Source: Candidatus Woesearchaeota archaeon (lineage in GTDB: Archaea > Nanobdellota > Nanobdellia > Woesearchaeales > 0-14-0-80-44-23). From it: a stretch of DNA of 64,000 nucleotides. The notes below the pieces were generated by a model, which ran no database searches, was not told the origin of the DNA, and was given only the letters and a program-made list of their open reading frames with translations. Positions 48,759 through 57,928 of the stretch are shown one piece after another. Where the stretch lies: assembly GCA_038874135.1 (NCBI GenBank), contig JAVZCZ010000001.1:128001-192000 (forward strand), read 5' to 3'. Numbering within the stretch: the stretch's first letter is position 1; each line of letters begins with the position of its first letter. A program made the translations under genes and the position numbers.

Positions 48759-49082
48759 TCAAAGTTTTTCTGAAAGCTCCCCGTAGCCGTATTTCTTGAA
48801 GAATTCCTTCCACTTGGGAATAAGAGCGGAATGCTCTCTATAAGAAGATTCTTTAAGGTATTTAACGAAGCTTTCAGCTATCCTTATTGTTGTATCATCT
48901 CTCAGATGGTACGGCACACTCTTTTTAAGATAAGATGCCATTCCAGCGATGAGCTGGCTTTGTGAAGTGTACCTGCTGTACGGTCTGAGCTGGTTGTCCA
49001 GCGCTGCAAGTATCTCTTCCAGGTCTCTCTCGCTGAAATCTGGCTTCTGCTCCTTCCTTCTTATAAAGTCAAACATTTGCAT
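48759..49082 (-). CDS. hypothetical protein
   Basis: 107-aa ORF with upstream TATA and GAGG. Confidence 0.55.
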   Translation of the reverse strand: MQMFDFIRRKEQKPDFSERDLEEILAALDNQLRPYSRYTSQSQLIAGMASYLKKSVPYHLRDDTTIRIAESFVKYLKESSYREHSALIPKWKEFFKKYGYGELSEKL

Positions 49083-49204
49083 CGCCTCTCAATTTTTGAA
49101 ATGAAAAATTACAGAGATCAGTATATAAAGTTTTGGATTCATATTTTCTGAGCTTAAAAATGATAAAATTTATTAAACAGAGGCAATTCCAGGAGTGATT
49201 TGAC

Positions 49205-49290
49205 GCGGGGGTATCAAAGCCTGGTCAAATGAGCTAGGTTCAGGGCCTAGTCCCTTAGTGGGTTCGAGGGTTCAAATCCCTTCCCCCGCA
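49205..49290 (+). tRNA. tRNA-Leu(CAG)
   Basis: GCGGGGG acceptor, CTAGG-TTCAGGG-CCTAG anticodon arm, long variable arm, GGTTCAAATCC. Confidence 0.96.
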
Positions 49291-49387
49291 CTTAATTCTA
49301 AAAATTTTAATACTTTAAAGTAGTAAAAAAATCAAAAGTTTTATATACCAAAATATAATCCCTGTTTGATATGTGCAGGTGAAGGGT

Positions 49388-50287
49388 ATGGAAGAATACA
49401 GATCCCCTTTTATTATTAAAACACATATAAAAGCATTAGTGGAAGGAAACAAAGTATATTTTAATGTTGAGATACCTCGCAACGAAGAAGTGGTCTATTC
49501 TGAATCAGTAAGAAGCAGAAATTATATAAGGTGTGCTGAAGAGTTGGCTAAAAGAGTAACAGAGCTTCTTAATGGGCAGAGTACAAATCTTGATTCAGAA
49601 AAATGCCCCATATACTATGCTAAAGGCGGAGCTCTTCAGATAGATGGCAGCGGGAATGCAATACTAATAAAAGAGAATGATAAATTAACCTTTCCTAATT
49701 CTAAAATCCTAAAGGCAGAAGACATGTTGAATCCAGCAAAGATAATGTCAAGACCTGCCCTAGAAGATATTATCCTATTAGACAATGGAAATGTGCTAGT
49801 ACCGAAAGTGAAGGATGAAATTTATAATGATTTTATTGAAAGTACAGTGTTAAATGCTGTTAAGATGTTTGCTTCAGGAGGCATAATGAATCCTTACGGG
49901 ATTGAATATGCTAATGCTTTAGTATTATCAGATGATAGGAATATTGTCTCAGTAGCCATAAGATATACTGATGGAGAGATTAAGCTTGGAAGTACCCCTG
50001 CAATAGTTAATATAAACTCCGATAAATTTTTGATGGAGATGTACAGCATTCTGAAATACAAAGATGTTAATTTCAATAGTATAGTGCCGCAGAGGGTCTT
50101 CTGGGAAAAGCATAATCCAGAAAAGGATCAAGTATATATTGTTAACTTAGAAGAGCTCTATAACGCAAGCATAGGTGACAAGATTAAATTGGTGGAGAGC
50201 TACGGAAGTTACAAGCGTGATTTAATAGAGCTATATAATCCATCCGCTGAACTTAGAATAGTGCTAGATTTCCTCAAGTATTACTAA
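49388..50287 (+). CDS. hypothetical protein (AT-rich ORFan next to tRNA-Leu)
   Basis: About 300-aa ORF; no recognisable motif. Confidence 0.6.
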   Translation: MEEYRSPFIIKTHIKALVEGNKVYFNVEIPRNEEVVYSESVRSRNYIRCAEELAKRVTELLNGQSTNLDSEKCPIYYAKGGALQIDGSGNAILIKENDKLTFPNSKILKAEDMLNPAKIMSRPALEDIILLDNGNVLVPKVKDEIYNDFIESTVLNAVKMFASGGIMNPYGIEYANALVLSDDRNIVSVAIRYTDGEIKLGSTPAIVNINSDKFLMEMYSILKYKDVNFNSIVPQRVFWEKHNPEKDQVYIVNLEELYNASIGDKIKLVESYGSYKRDLIELYNPSAELRIVLDFLKYY

Positions 50288-50345
50288 TGCTTAGTCCCAA
50301 TTTTTTGCTGGAAAGATTTTTATTTTAAACAATACTCTGTTAGTT

Positions 50346-51290
50346 ATGCTTCCGCGAAGTATTTTCAAGAAGGGACTATTCTTAGCCCCAATGGCTCTCT
50401 ATTCTGATTATGGCTTGAGGAGATTATGCTTTGAATACGGGGCTGACTACACCTTTACCGAGATGATAAGTGCCCACACAATAGTTAGAAAGGATTTAGA
50501 AAAAATCAGGGAGCTTGACATTTTAGATGATGAGGTTCCAACTGGAATTCAAATATTAACCTTCAGCCCTGAAATGCTAAAGGGCGCGATAGAAAAAATT
50601 CAGCATAGCAAAATTTCTGAGAGGATTTCAAGCGTGTGCCTCAACTTGGGATGCCCAAATGTCAGGAACAACGGCGCTTTTCTTTTAAACAATTTGGAAT
50701 TAATAAGGAAACTCTTCATAGCGATGGAGACCTCTAAACTTCCGACCTCTGCAAAGATTAGGCTTGCAATAGATGAAAAGCACCTTCTAGAAAAACCATA
50801 CTTAAAGATTGCGGAATTAGCTGAAAAGCATTTGGACTTCTTAATAGTTCATGGAAGAACTCTCTCCCAAAGGTTCTCTGGAAGAGTAAATCTTGATGCT
50901 ATTCGGGAGATAAAAGAATCAGTTTCAATTCCAGTAGTGGGCAATGGCGACATAAAGAGCGGCATTGAAGCAGGGCACATGTTTAAAGAAACTGGATGCG
51001 ATGCAGTAATGATTGGAAGAGCAGCAATAAGAAAGCCGTTCATATTCAAAGAGATAAAGCACTACTTAAGAACAGGAAGTGAAATTAAAATTGACGAGAA
51101 GCAGGAGCTCCTTAAATGCGCTGTGAATTATCTAAATATGCAGAAGCAGGCTAACTTTTCAGCGTTTCAGACGAGAGTACACCTGCAAGCCCTTCTTAGG
51201 AGATTTAAGCAGCTTAACAGGCAGATCTCATTGGAGCGGACTGTTGAAGGGATGCGGACAGCGGTTCTGAAAGAGTATAACAAGCTTTGA
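50346..51290 (+). CDS. dus: tRNA-dihydrouridine synthase family protein
   Basis: LAPM, TEMI, LNLGCP, AKIR, VHGRT, GNGDI, MIGRAA. Confidence 0.92.
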   Translation: MLPRSIFKKGLFLAPMALYSDYGLRRLCFEYGADYTFTEMISAHTIVRKDLEKIRELDILDDEVPTGIQILTFSPEMLKGAIEKIQHSKISERISSVCLNLGCPNVRNNGAFLLNNLELIRKLFIAMETSKLPTSAKIRLAIDEKHLLEKPYLKIAELAEKHLDFLIVHGRTLSQRFSGRVNLDAIREIKESVSIPVVGNGDIKSGIEAGHMFKETGCDAVMIGRAAIRKPFIFKEIKHYLRTGSEIKIDEKQELLKCAVNYLNMQKQANFSAFQTRVHLQALLRRFKQLNRQISLERTVEGMRTAVLKEYNKL

Positions 51291-51472
51291 AAGAATTTTT
51301 AAAAGATATCTGAAGCACATTTAACAAAATATACGACAAATATACAAAAAAGAAATATTTATATATTAGTATACCTTTTATTGATAAAAGAGCCCTGCAG
51401 TCCCGAATACAAAAAGCCAAGTTAACTCCACACCTGCTATGTATTTGAGTCGAGAGAGGGGGAAGTCGCGAG

Positions 51473-51679
51473 ATGAAACAGATATCTAAAAAATCTGAAA
51501 GGTTTAATCAGGGGAGAGCTTCCTCAATAGAGGAATACCTCTCCCATTCTTCCCTCTCAAAAAAATTCTCAGCAGAAGAGCTAAACGAGCTAAAAGAGTT
51601 CCTAACCTCAGAATCCAACTATCACAGCTACCTCAAACAGGTGAGAGAAAACCTTCTAAAATACCAAAACAGAATTTAA
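51473..51679 (+). CDS. small hypothetical protein
   Basis: 68-aa ORF with G-rich upstream region. Confidence 0.45.
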   Translation: MKQISKKSERFNQGRASSIEEYLSHSSLSKKFSAEELNELKEFLTSESNYHSYLKQVRENLLKYQNRI

Positions 51680-51708
51680 CATTTTAAAAGCTGGAATAAG
51701 AAAAAAAG

Positions 51709-51782
51709 CGAGCCAGCGAGGATTTGAACCCCGATCATCCGGTCCGAAGCCGGACGCACTATCCAGGTTATGCTACTGGCCC
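51709..51782 (-). tRNA. tRNA-Arg(TCG)
   Basis: GGGCCAG acceptor, TCCGG-CTTCGGA-CCGGA anticodon arm, GGTTCAAATCC. Confidence 0.95.
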
Positions 51783-51860
51783 GCTAAACTTGCTGTTATG
51801 TGCATCCAATTATAAAACTTTTCCTCAGAATCAAAATTTAAGAAGAGAATGCATAAGGGA

Positions 51861-52436
51861 CTAGCGGGCTTCCTCTTTTGACTCCTTATGCTTAAGCTTA
51901 TTAAGGTACATTGCCCTGTCAGCTTCCCTGATCAATCTGCGGATCTGCTTGTTAGGGCCATACGCGCTGCCAATGGACACTTCGGGATTCAGCCCGTCTT
52001 CAGTGCGATAATTTTTAAGCTCATCTTGCAGAAGAGTTATCTTGTTCTCAATTGTGCACAATTCAACCTTGGGAAGCACAACTGCGAACTCGTCACCGCC
52101 TATCCTGGCAACTAGGTCTGTTTCTCTAAAATTATTTTTTAATGTTTGGCTTACACTTATTATTAGAATGTCTCCTGTAGTGTGACCATAGGTATCATTA
52201 ACATACTTCAAGTTATCTATATCCAGCATTATGAAGCTTACAGAATAATCAGCTCTGTCCTTTTCAATTCTCCTGATTTCGTTTTCATAATAAGCCCTGT
52301 TGTATAAGCCTGTGAGAGCATCGTGAATTGCTAGAAATTCTATCTCCTTAAATGCTGCAATTATTGCTACTTTCGCATCATTGGGGATGTCTTTTCTTTT
52401 TAGAATTTCTTCAAGTTTTCGGTAAATGCTTATCAT
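51861..52436 (-). CDS. GGDEF-domain diguanylate cyclase
   Basis: HDALTGLYNR, DIDNLKYVNDTYGH..GD, RETD I-site, ARIGGDEF, SIG, ADRAMY..K. Confidence 0.95.
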   Translation of the reverse strand: MISIYRKLEEILKRKDIPNDAKVAIIAAFKEIEFLAIHDALTGLYNRAYYENEIRRIEKDRADYSVSFIMLDIDNLKYVNDTYGHTTGDILIISVSQTLKNNFRETDLVARIGGDEFAVVLPKVELCTIENKITLLQDELKNYRTEDGLNPEVSIGSAYGPNKQIRRLIREADRAMYLNKLKHKESKEEAR

Positions 52437-52480
52437 TTTAAATTGAAATTAAAAAAGGTAAGTTTTGAATTTTTAGCTTC

Positions 52481-52762
52481 TTACTTTCTTACCAGTTTTA
52501 TCTCAATTGAGGACACTCTGACATCCTTTCCTTCTTTGTTTTTGAACTCCTCGCTTGAGATTTGGATGTCTCCAACCTTTGCCTGATCCTGAAGGAATCT
52601 CTTGCAGGCAACTTCTGCAATGTCCACTGCTCTGCTTATGAATTTTCCCCTGGCTTTTATTGTTATCTCGTTTGCGTTTTTTGTTGTGAACTGCATCACT
52701 ACTGCAGTCACATAGTTCATAAAGGGCTTGTTTCCCACAAAGATTGAGTTGTCCGCTGCCAT
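52481..52762 (-). CDS. albA: DNA/RNA-binding protein Alba
   Basis: IFVGNKPFMNYV, IKARGKFISRAVD, VSSIEI. Confidence 0.97.
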   Translation of the reverse strand: MAADNSIFVGNKPFMNYVTAVVMQFTTKNANEITIKARGKFISRAVDIAEVACKRFLQDQAKVGDIQISSEEFKNKEGKDVRVSSIEIKLVRK

Positions 52763-52797
52763 TTTTGCTTACCTCCGTTTAAATGTTTTTTTGCTTT

Positions 52798-52992
52798 TTA
52801 CTCTGCCTTTCGCTTAGCCAATCTTGTAACATATCCTGCTATTATGTTTCTTACCCTCTTTGAGGGCACAAAGTTTAGCTTCTCAGCCACTACCTTCTTA
52901 TTCTTCTCAAAATCTGTTGTCAGCTCGCTTCTATGCTTTTCAATGAGCTCCCTGCTTACCCTCTTGATCATGTTCGTCTTTATTCGTCCCAA
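52798..52992 (-). CDS. rps17e: 30S ribosomal protein eS17 (TTG start)
   Basis: GRIKT..IKR..DFEKNK..SKRVRNIIAGYVT; SD GGAGG. Confidence 0.96.
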   Translation of the reverse strand: MGRIKTNMIKRVSRELIEKHRSELTTDFEKNKKVVAEKLNFVPSKRVRNIIAGYVTRLAKRKAE

Positions 52993-53828
52993 TTCAAATC
53001 CCTCCCAAAGTTTTTGTGGTTGCTCCTTTGGAGTTTATAAAGCATATTTAAATGTTTCTAAATTAAATGTTTATAAAAATTTCATTCGGAAAATCAGAAA
53101 GATTAGAAGATTTGAAGAATTAAAAATTTTAAAATGTTTTTGAATGAATTTTTTAGGAGCAGTACTTACAGCTTAATTTTTCTTACTCAACTTTAATCAT
53201 AAATCTTTAAATAAGGATAAGTAGTTGTAAGCTTAAATTTACTAGCTTATTCTCACTTTTTTAGGATTAAGCTAGTGTTAGGCTTAGTTTAAGGAAAAAA
53301 TAGCGAATTCTCTCATAGTGCCTAAACATTTGAACATTTTTGTTAATTGCGCTTCTGGCTTTGTTAAGTTAAATTCTTTCAAACATTTTTTGTGTTATTT
53401 TTTATTGTGTTTTTTCTTTTTTTATTATTTTTATTATTTTTTATCTCTGTTTTCTCTCATTTTTTATTCTCAAAACTTTGGTAGGAGCAATTTTTCTAAG
53501 AATTTTAAAATTCAAAAAAAATAAATAATATTCTTTGATATATATAATTTATTAATAATATTTTAACAATATTATTATAAAACAATTATTAAGACAGATT
53601 TTTTAAAAAAGTTATATACAAATAATTTTAATTAAAAATTTATTTTTTTAATATTATTTTGTATAATATATTTATTTAAGGTAAATTTTGATAAAAATTT
53701 TTTAGCATAAATAAAAATTTTTAATTAAATTTGATATAGAAAAATATTTAAAGTCACACATTTTATTATCATTATTTAGTAGTAAAATATTGCAAATTAG
53801 GCTGTTTATTCGTGAGGGGGTGTTTTAA

Positions 53829-54029
53829 ATGCGTGGACAGGATTTTGAGAATAAAGTAAGATTTTCATTCGCAGTTGCAAAGCAGGATGTTGAAAACTTA
53901 AAGAACAGCGTTTCTGACTGGATACTATTCCTAGATGCAAATCAGAGAGAATTAAAAGAGAGAATAAGAGTGCTGGAAGCAAAAATGAGAATGCTTGAAA
54001 CAATGCAGAAGAGCACGCTTTTTGAATAG
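53829..54029 (+). CDS. small coiled-coil hypothetical protein
   Basis: SD-like GGGGGTG; heptad pattern; resembles the N-terminus of 57929-58492. Confidence 0.7.
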   Translation: MRGQDFENKVRFSFAVAKQDVENLKNSVSDWILFLDANQRELKERIRVLEAKMRMLETMQKSTLFE

Positions 54030-54153
54030 GTTAAATCTTTCTTAATCTTTTTCCTGTTTTTCTAATTTCTTTTTCTAATTTTAACATTTTAACCAGGCAT
54101 TTTTCTAACAAATTTAGGCATCTAAAGCCAAAAGCGAAAGATTTAAATATAAA

Positions 54154-54181
54154 AGTGCGTATAAGGTATATTATACGAATA
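54154..54181. other. dif-like Xer recombination site AGTGCGTATAA-GGTATA-TTATACGAATA
   Basis: 11-6-11 architecture, inverted CGTATAA arms, 20/28 identity to E. coli dif as recalled, ends 24 bp before xerA ATG. Confidence 0.8.
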
Positions 54182-54205
54182 TAATGGTTTGTAAGGCAGC
54201 TGAGC

Positions 54206-55045
54206 ATGAATGAGCAACTAATAAAGGACCTGGGACTTACCAAATTAGCAGCTGAATTAAAGCTGAGAGGCTTCAGCCCTCAGACAGTTAAAACATACCT
54301 ATTCCAGAATGCCAAGTTTCTGCTCTCAGCCAAGAAGAAAGTTGAAGAAGTAGACGAAGACGATATAAAAGGATATCTCGCAATGCTTATGGAACAAGGT
54401 GCATCTCCTAGGACAATAGGGCTCACAAAAGCAGCATTAAAGTTCTTTTATGACAACATACTGCAGAGAGGCATAGTAGAGTTTCCCACGCCCAAAATAA
54501 GAAGGACACTACCAGTTGTTTTATCACGGGAAGAAATAAAGCGCATGATTGAAAACGCACCTACTGAAAAGAGCAGAGTCATAATTGAGCTGCTTTATTC
54601 CTCAGGACTCCGCGTCTCGGAGTGTTCTGCATTAAAGCTTGCTGATTTAGAGATTCCCGAAAAAATTGGCTGGGTAAGAGGTGGCAAGGGCGGCAAAGAC
54701 AGGATGTTCATACTCTCAGAAAGACTCATAAAGGACTTAAAACACTACATTTACAAGGAAAAAATTAGAGATTGGCTCTTTCCAGGAAAGAACAATGAAC
54801 ACATAAGTGCCAGGGACATACAGCAAATTGTAAAGAGGTGCGCCATCAGGGCAGGAATCAAGAAAAAGGTCTCACCGCACACCTTAAGGCATAGTTTTGC
54901 CACACACCTACTTGAAAGTGGCACGGACATCAGAAAGATTCAGGAGCTCTTAGGCCACTCCAACTTGCAGACCACTCAGATATATACCAGTGTTAGCAAT
55001 GCTGAACTGATAAAAGTAAAGAGCCCTTTAGACATTCTTAAGTAA
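54206..55045 (+). CDS. xerA: tyrosine recombinase XerA
   Basis: LRGFSPQTVKTY, SSGLRVSE, GKGGKDR, HTLRHSFATHLLE, LLGHSNLQTTQIYT. Confidence 0.93.
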   Translation: MNEQLIKDLGLTKLAAELKLRGFSPQTVKTYLFQNAKFLLSAKKKVEEVDEDDIKGYLAMLMEQGASPRTIGLTKAALKFFYDNILQRGIVEFPTPKIRRTLPVVLSREEIKRMIENAPTEKSRVIIELLYSSGLRVSECSALKLADLEIPEKIGWVRGGKGGKDRMFILSERLIKDLKHYIYKEKIRDWLFPGKNNEHISARDIQQIVKRCAIRAGIKKKVSPHTLRHSFATHLLESGTDIRKIQELLGHSNLQTTQIYTSVSNAELIKVKSPLDILK

Positions 55046-55670
55046 ATTTCCGACGAGAAAATACTTTTTGTAGATTATGTTGTATTTAAGTTAAAGGTTT
55101 CATAGGAAGATTTTTAATTAAAATTTTTAATAATTAATAAAAATATTTAATTTTTTTATGCTAATAATATTTAATTTTTGATAAAATATTTTAATAATTT
55201 AAATCATTTAATTTGACACTTTTAAAATAATATGTCAATTATTCATTTTATAGTGATTAATTTAATTTTTTAATTAAAAGTGAGTAAATTTTGTGGGAGA
55301 TTTTTTTAAAAATTGCGTTTTAAGAGCGTGTATAAAAAAATTACCTTTTGAAGTTTATTCGTGAAAAGTGAGAGGAATCTGTGTAAGAAGAGCCGAATTG
55401 GTTGTAAGAAGGTTTTGAAAAAAGCGAGGGAGAGGAAATGTTAAGTGTCAGGCTGGTTTGTTTGCAATTTTTGGATAAGTCTTGTTTTTGTAGGAAAAAG
55501 GGTTAAAATGAAGGTATGTTTTGCCTGAGAATTGGAAATATCTCACAAGATTTTTGGGCACTATTATGAAAAGTGAGTTTTTGGCTGATTTTTATTTTAA
55601 GTTCTGTTATTTTTACTAGCACAAGATTTAAAAATAAGCGGGTATAATTTAAAAGAAAGGGGATGAAGGG

Positions 55671-55946
55671 TTGAAAATTACTTTCAGTCGTGTTGTAATG
55701 TGCGCGCTTCTTACAGCTTCCTTATTAATTCTCATTTTTGGTTGTTCTGAGAGAATAGTGAGGGTTGAAGAGAGAGACCGATGCGGAGTTGTAGGTGGAA
55801 TGCTCTTTCACACTATAAAGGATGAGGACGCGTGTAGGCAGGTATGCTATTCTGACTGCCTTGGCAGGAAGCTAATCCTAAAGGATGTAGAATTCGCATA
55901 TAATGTTTCCGAAGGGTGTAACAGCTGCGTTTGCCTTTGTAAGTAG
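55671..55946 (+). CDS. small Cys-rich secreted/lipoprotein
   Basis: Signal with LIFGC; CxxxCxxxC and CxxCxCxC motifs. Confidence 0.65.
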   Translation: MKITFSRVVMCALLTASLLILIFGCSERIVRVEERDRCGVVGGMLFHTIKDEDACRQVCYSDCLGRKLILKDVEFAYNVSEGCNSCVCLCK

Positions 55947-55964
55947 GAGAAAATGAGATAAAGC

Positions 55965-56240
55965 TTATTTTAGCTGTTTTATCTCTTCTGAGAATGACTC
56001 GTTTATCTTTTTTAAGCGTTTTGCAGCATCCACTAAAGCCTTTCTCGGGCTTTTCTTTCCATCTGTTTCAACAACAAATTCCGGAATTCCAATCAGCGGG
56101 TGCTTTATAGCGTATGCCGCGTACTTAACATGCTCGTCATTCCAGAGTTCTTCTCTAAGAGCGTTACAGAGGGTGTGGCCCTCGCCTAATAGTTCAAACT
56201 TGATTTTTGAATCATCTTCTTCCAGGACCTTGATTTCCAT
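55965..56240 (-). CDS. rpoL: DNA-directed RNA polymerase subunit L (Rpo11)
   Basis: GEGHTLCNALR..AAYAIKHPL..P.F. Confidence 0.95.
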   Translation of the reverse strand: MEIKVLEEDDSKIKFELLGEGHTLCNALREELWNDEHVKYAAYAIKHPLIGIPEFVVETDGKKSPRKALVDAAKRLKKINESFSEEIKQLK

Positions 56241-56354
56241 AATTATCACCGCGTTATTTTAAAGTTACAAACCGCGTGCCCTTTATAAAATTTTCCACAA
56301 TGAAAATTCGCAGAAGGAGATAAATTTTTATTCTCACAGATATTTGCTTATCGT

Positions 56355-56912
56355 ATGATTAGAAAAGAGGACAGGGAGAAGCTTCTTCAACTCGCGAGAA
56401 AATCAATTGAGGCAGAGCTTAGAGGAGACGTTTTGAAGGTTGATGACGAGATTATAAGAAAGTTTTCTGAACATAAAGGCGTATTTGTAACTTTGAAGGA
56501 GATGGGTGAGCTGCGCGGCTGCATAGGATATCCTGAGCCTGTGCTTCCCCTGTGGCAGGCAGTCAGCAGGGCTGCTGTGGCTGCTGCTTTTGAGGATCCA
56601 AGGTTTCCGCCGCTGCTTGAAGAGGAGCTTAAGGATGTAAAGATTGAGATTTCAGTATTGACTGTTCCGGAGCTTTTGGAAGTGAATAGCCCTTCTGAGT
56701 ATCTGAAGAGGATAAGAATTGGTAAAGACGGGCTCATATTGAGGTATAAGGGGTTTTCAGGACTTCTGCTGCCTCAGGTTGCTCCAGAGCAGGGCTGGAA
56801 TGTGGAGCAGTTTTTAGAAGGGCTTTGCGAGAAGGCGGGAGTTCCTCCCGGAACTTGGAAGCATCCCAGGTGTGAGATATACACATTTCAAGCAGAGGTT
56901 TTTGGCGAATAG
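56355..56912 (+). CDS. AMMECR1-domain protein (AmmeMemoRadiSam protein A)
   Basis: GVFVTL, LRGCIG, DPRF, EISVLT, LLPQVA, LCEKAG. Confidence 0.93.
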   Translation: MIRKEDREKLLQLARKSIEAELRGDVLKVDDEIIRKFSEHKGVFVTLKEMGELRGCIGYPEPVLPLWQAVSRAAVAAAFEDPRFPPLLEEELKDVKIEISVLTVPELLEVNSPSEYLKRIRIGKDGLILRYKGFSGLLLPQVAPEQGWNVEQFLEGLCEKAGVPPGTWKHPRCEIYTFQAEVFGE

Positions 56913-56928
56913 GAAATTTGATGGAATA

Positions 56929-57210
56929 TTACTTCGCCTTGTGCCCCAGCTTCGGCTTGTAATTCTTTCCATCTGCTATATCAGTTATCACATCTTTGAG
57001 CGAAGCCAGAGCCCAGATGCAGTTGAGGATGAGAAATGGATAGCTCTTTAGGTGTGAAGCGTATATCATCAGCATTATTGCCCCTGCTAAGTTGCTCAGG
57101 TCATATTTAAGCGAGGTGGAATTCCAGATTCCTTTCTGGTTGAGCAGGAATGCTATAAGTATTGTTGCCATTCCTAGAAATCCTATGATGTCAAATGCCA
57201 GCGTGCTCAT
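56929..57210 (-). CDS. small 3TM membrane protein (CBU_0592-like)
   Basis: IIGFLG..ILIAF..Y..NLAGA..YPFLILN.IW. Confidence 0.75.
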   Translation of the reverse strand: MSTLAFDIIGFLGMATILIAFLLNQKGIWNSTSLKYDLSNLAGAIMLMIYASHLKSYPFLILNCIWALASLKDVITDIADGKNYKPKLGHKAK

Positions 57211-57857
57211 GCCAATTCCTCCTTTTGAAGTTTCCAGATTCCAGCTTTGAACTTGTAAATTCTTTTCATGTGGTGGGGCATGCTCTTCTTTATTGGAAGT
57301 TCAATTATTATGTGCCCTGCTATTTTGAAGGAGTTGGCTTCTGTCAGCCTCTTTATAAAATTATTGGATTCTTCCTTGTGAATTGAATAGATTACTGGGG
57401 CTATCTTGAATGCTGTTTCAAGGAAGGTTCTGTCGGCGTGCCTGTTTTGAACTCCAAATGGGGGGTTCTGAACTACGCAGTCTGCACTTATATTGGCATC
57501 GCGTATGTCTGAGCATATTATTTCTGCCTTTTGGAAAATTTTAATTCCGGAGAGGCGCTCTGCGAGTTCAATGTTTTCCCTCAGTATTTTTAAGGCGTTT
57601 TGGTCTTTTTCTACGAAGATTACCCTTTCAGCTCCGAGAAGGAGTGCTCCTATTCCCAATATTCCAGTTCCACATCCGAGGTCTGCAACTATCTTACCTT
57701 TTATGTCAGAGTTCATGAATGCTTCCCAGAGCATTTCTGCTGCTGTTTCTGAATCTGTAGGGTATTGCTCCATATCTGCTCTTGGCTTTTCAAAGTGTGC
57801 AAGTTTTGAAAGTAGTATCGCCAGTCCCGATTTTGAGATTCTCATAAAAAATCCCAT
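57207..57857 (-). CDS. METTL5-like N6-adenine RNA methyltransferase
   Basis: EQYPT, DLGCGTG, NPPFG..HAD..FL, YSIH. Confidence 0.9.
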   Translation of the reverse strand: MGFFMRISKSGLAILLSKLAHFEKPRADMEQYPTDSETAAEMLWEAFMNSDIKGKIVADLGCGTGILGIGALLLGAERVIFVEKDQNALKILRENIELAERLSGIKIFQKAEIICSDIRDANISADCVVQNPPFGVQNRHADRTFLETAFKIAPVIYSIHKEESNNFIKRLTEANSFKIAGHIIIELPIKKSMPHHMKRIYKFKAGIWKLQKEELA

Positions 57858-57928
57858 GCTGAAAACTATTTTTTGAATTATATAAATGTTTTTAAATGGC
57901 TCGGTAATCTCAGGCTTGGGGGTTTAAG

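Noticed and set aside
51385-51472. Possible c-di-GMP riboswitch or ncRNA near the GGDEF gene
   Set aside because: No class I or II consensus elements were recognised and pairing is weak.
53318-53524. 68-aa Phe-rich ORF, and 54031-54243
   Set aside because: These are low-complexity AT-rich spacer translations with no SD.
54206-55045. Tyrosine recombinase as an integron or proviral integrase
   Set aside because: It has XerA-like length and motifs and an adjacent dif-like site. No attC cassettes, att duplications or viral genes were seen, and the flanks are core genes.
53000-55670. CRISPR array or leader in the AT-rich spacers
   Set aside because: There are no regularly spaced 25-40 bp repeats and no cas genes.
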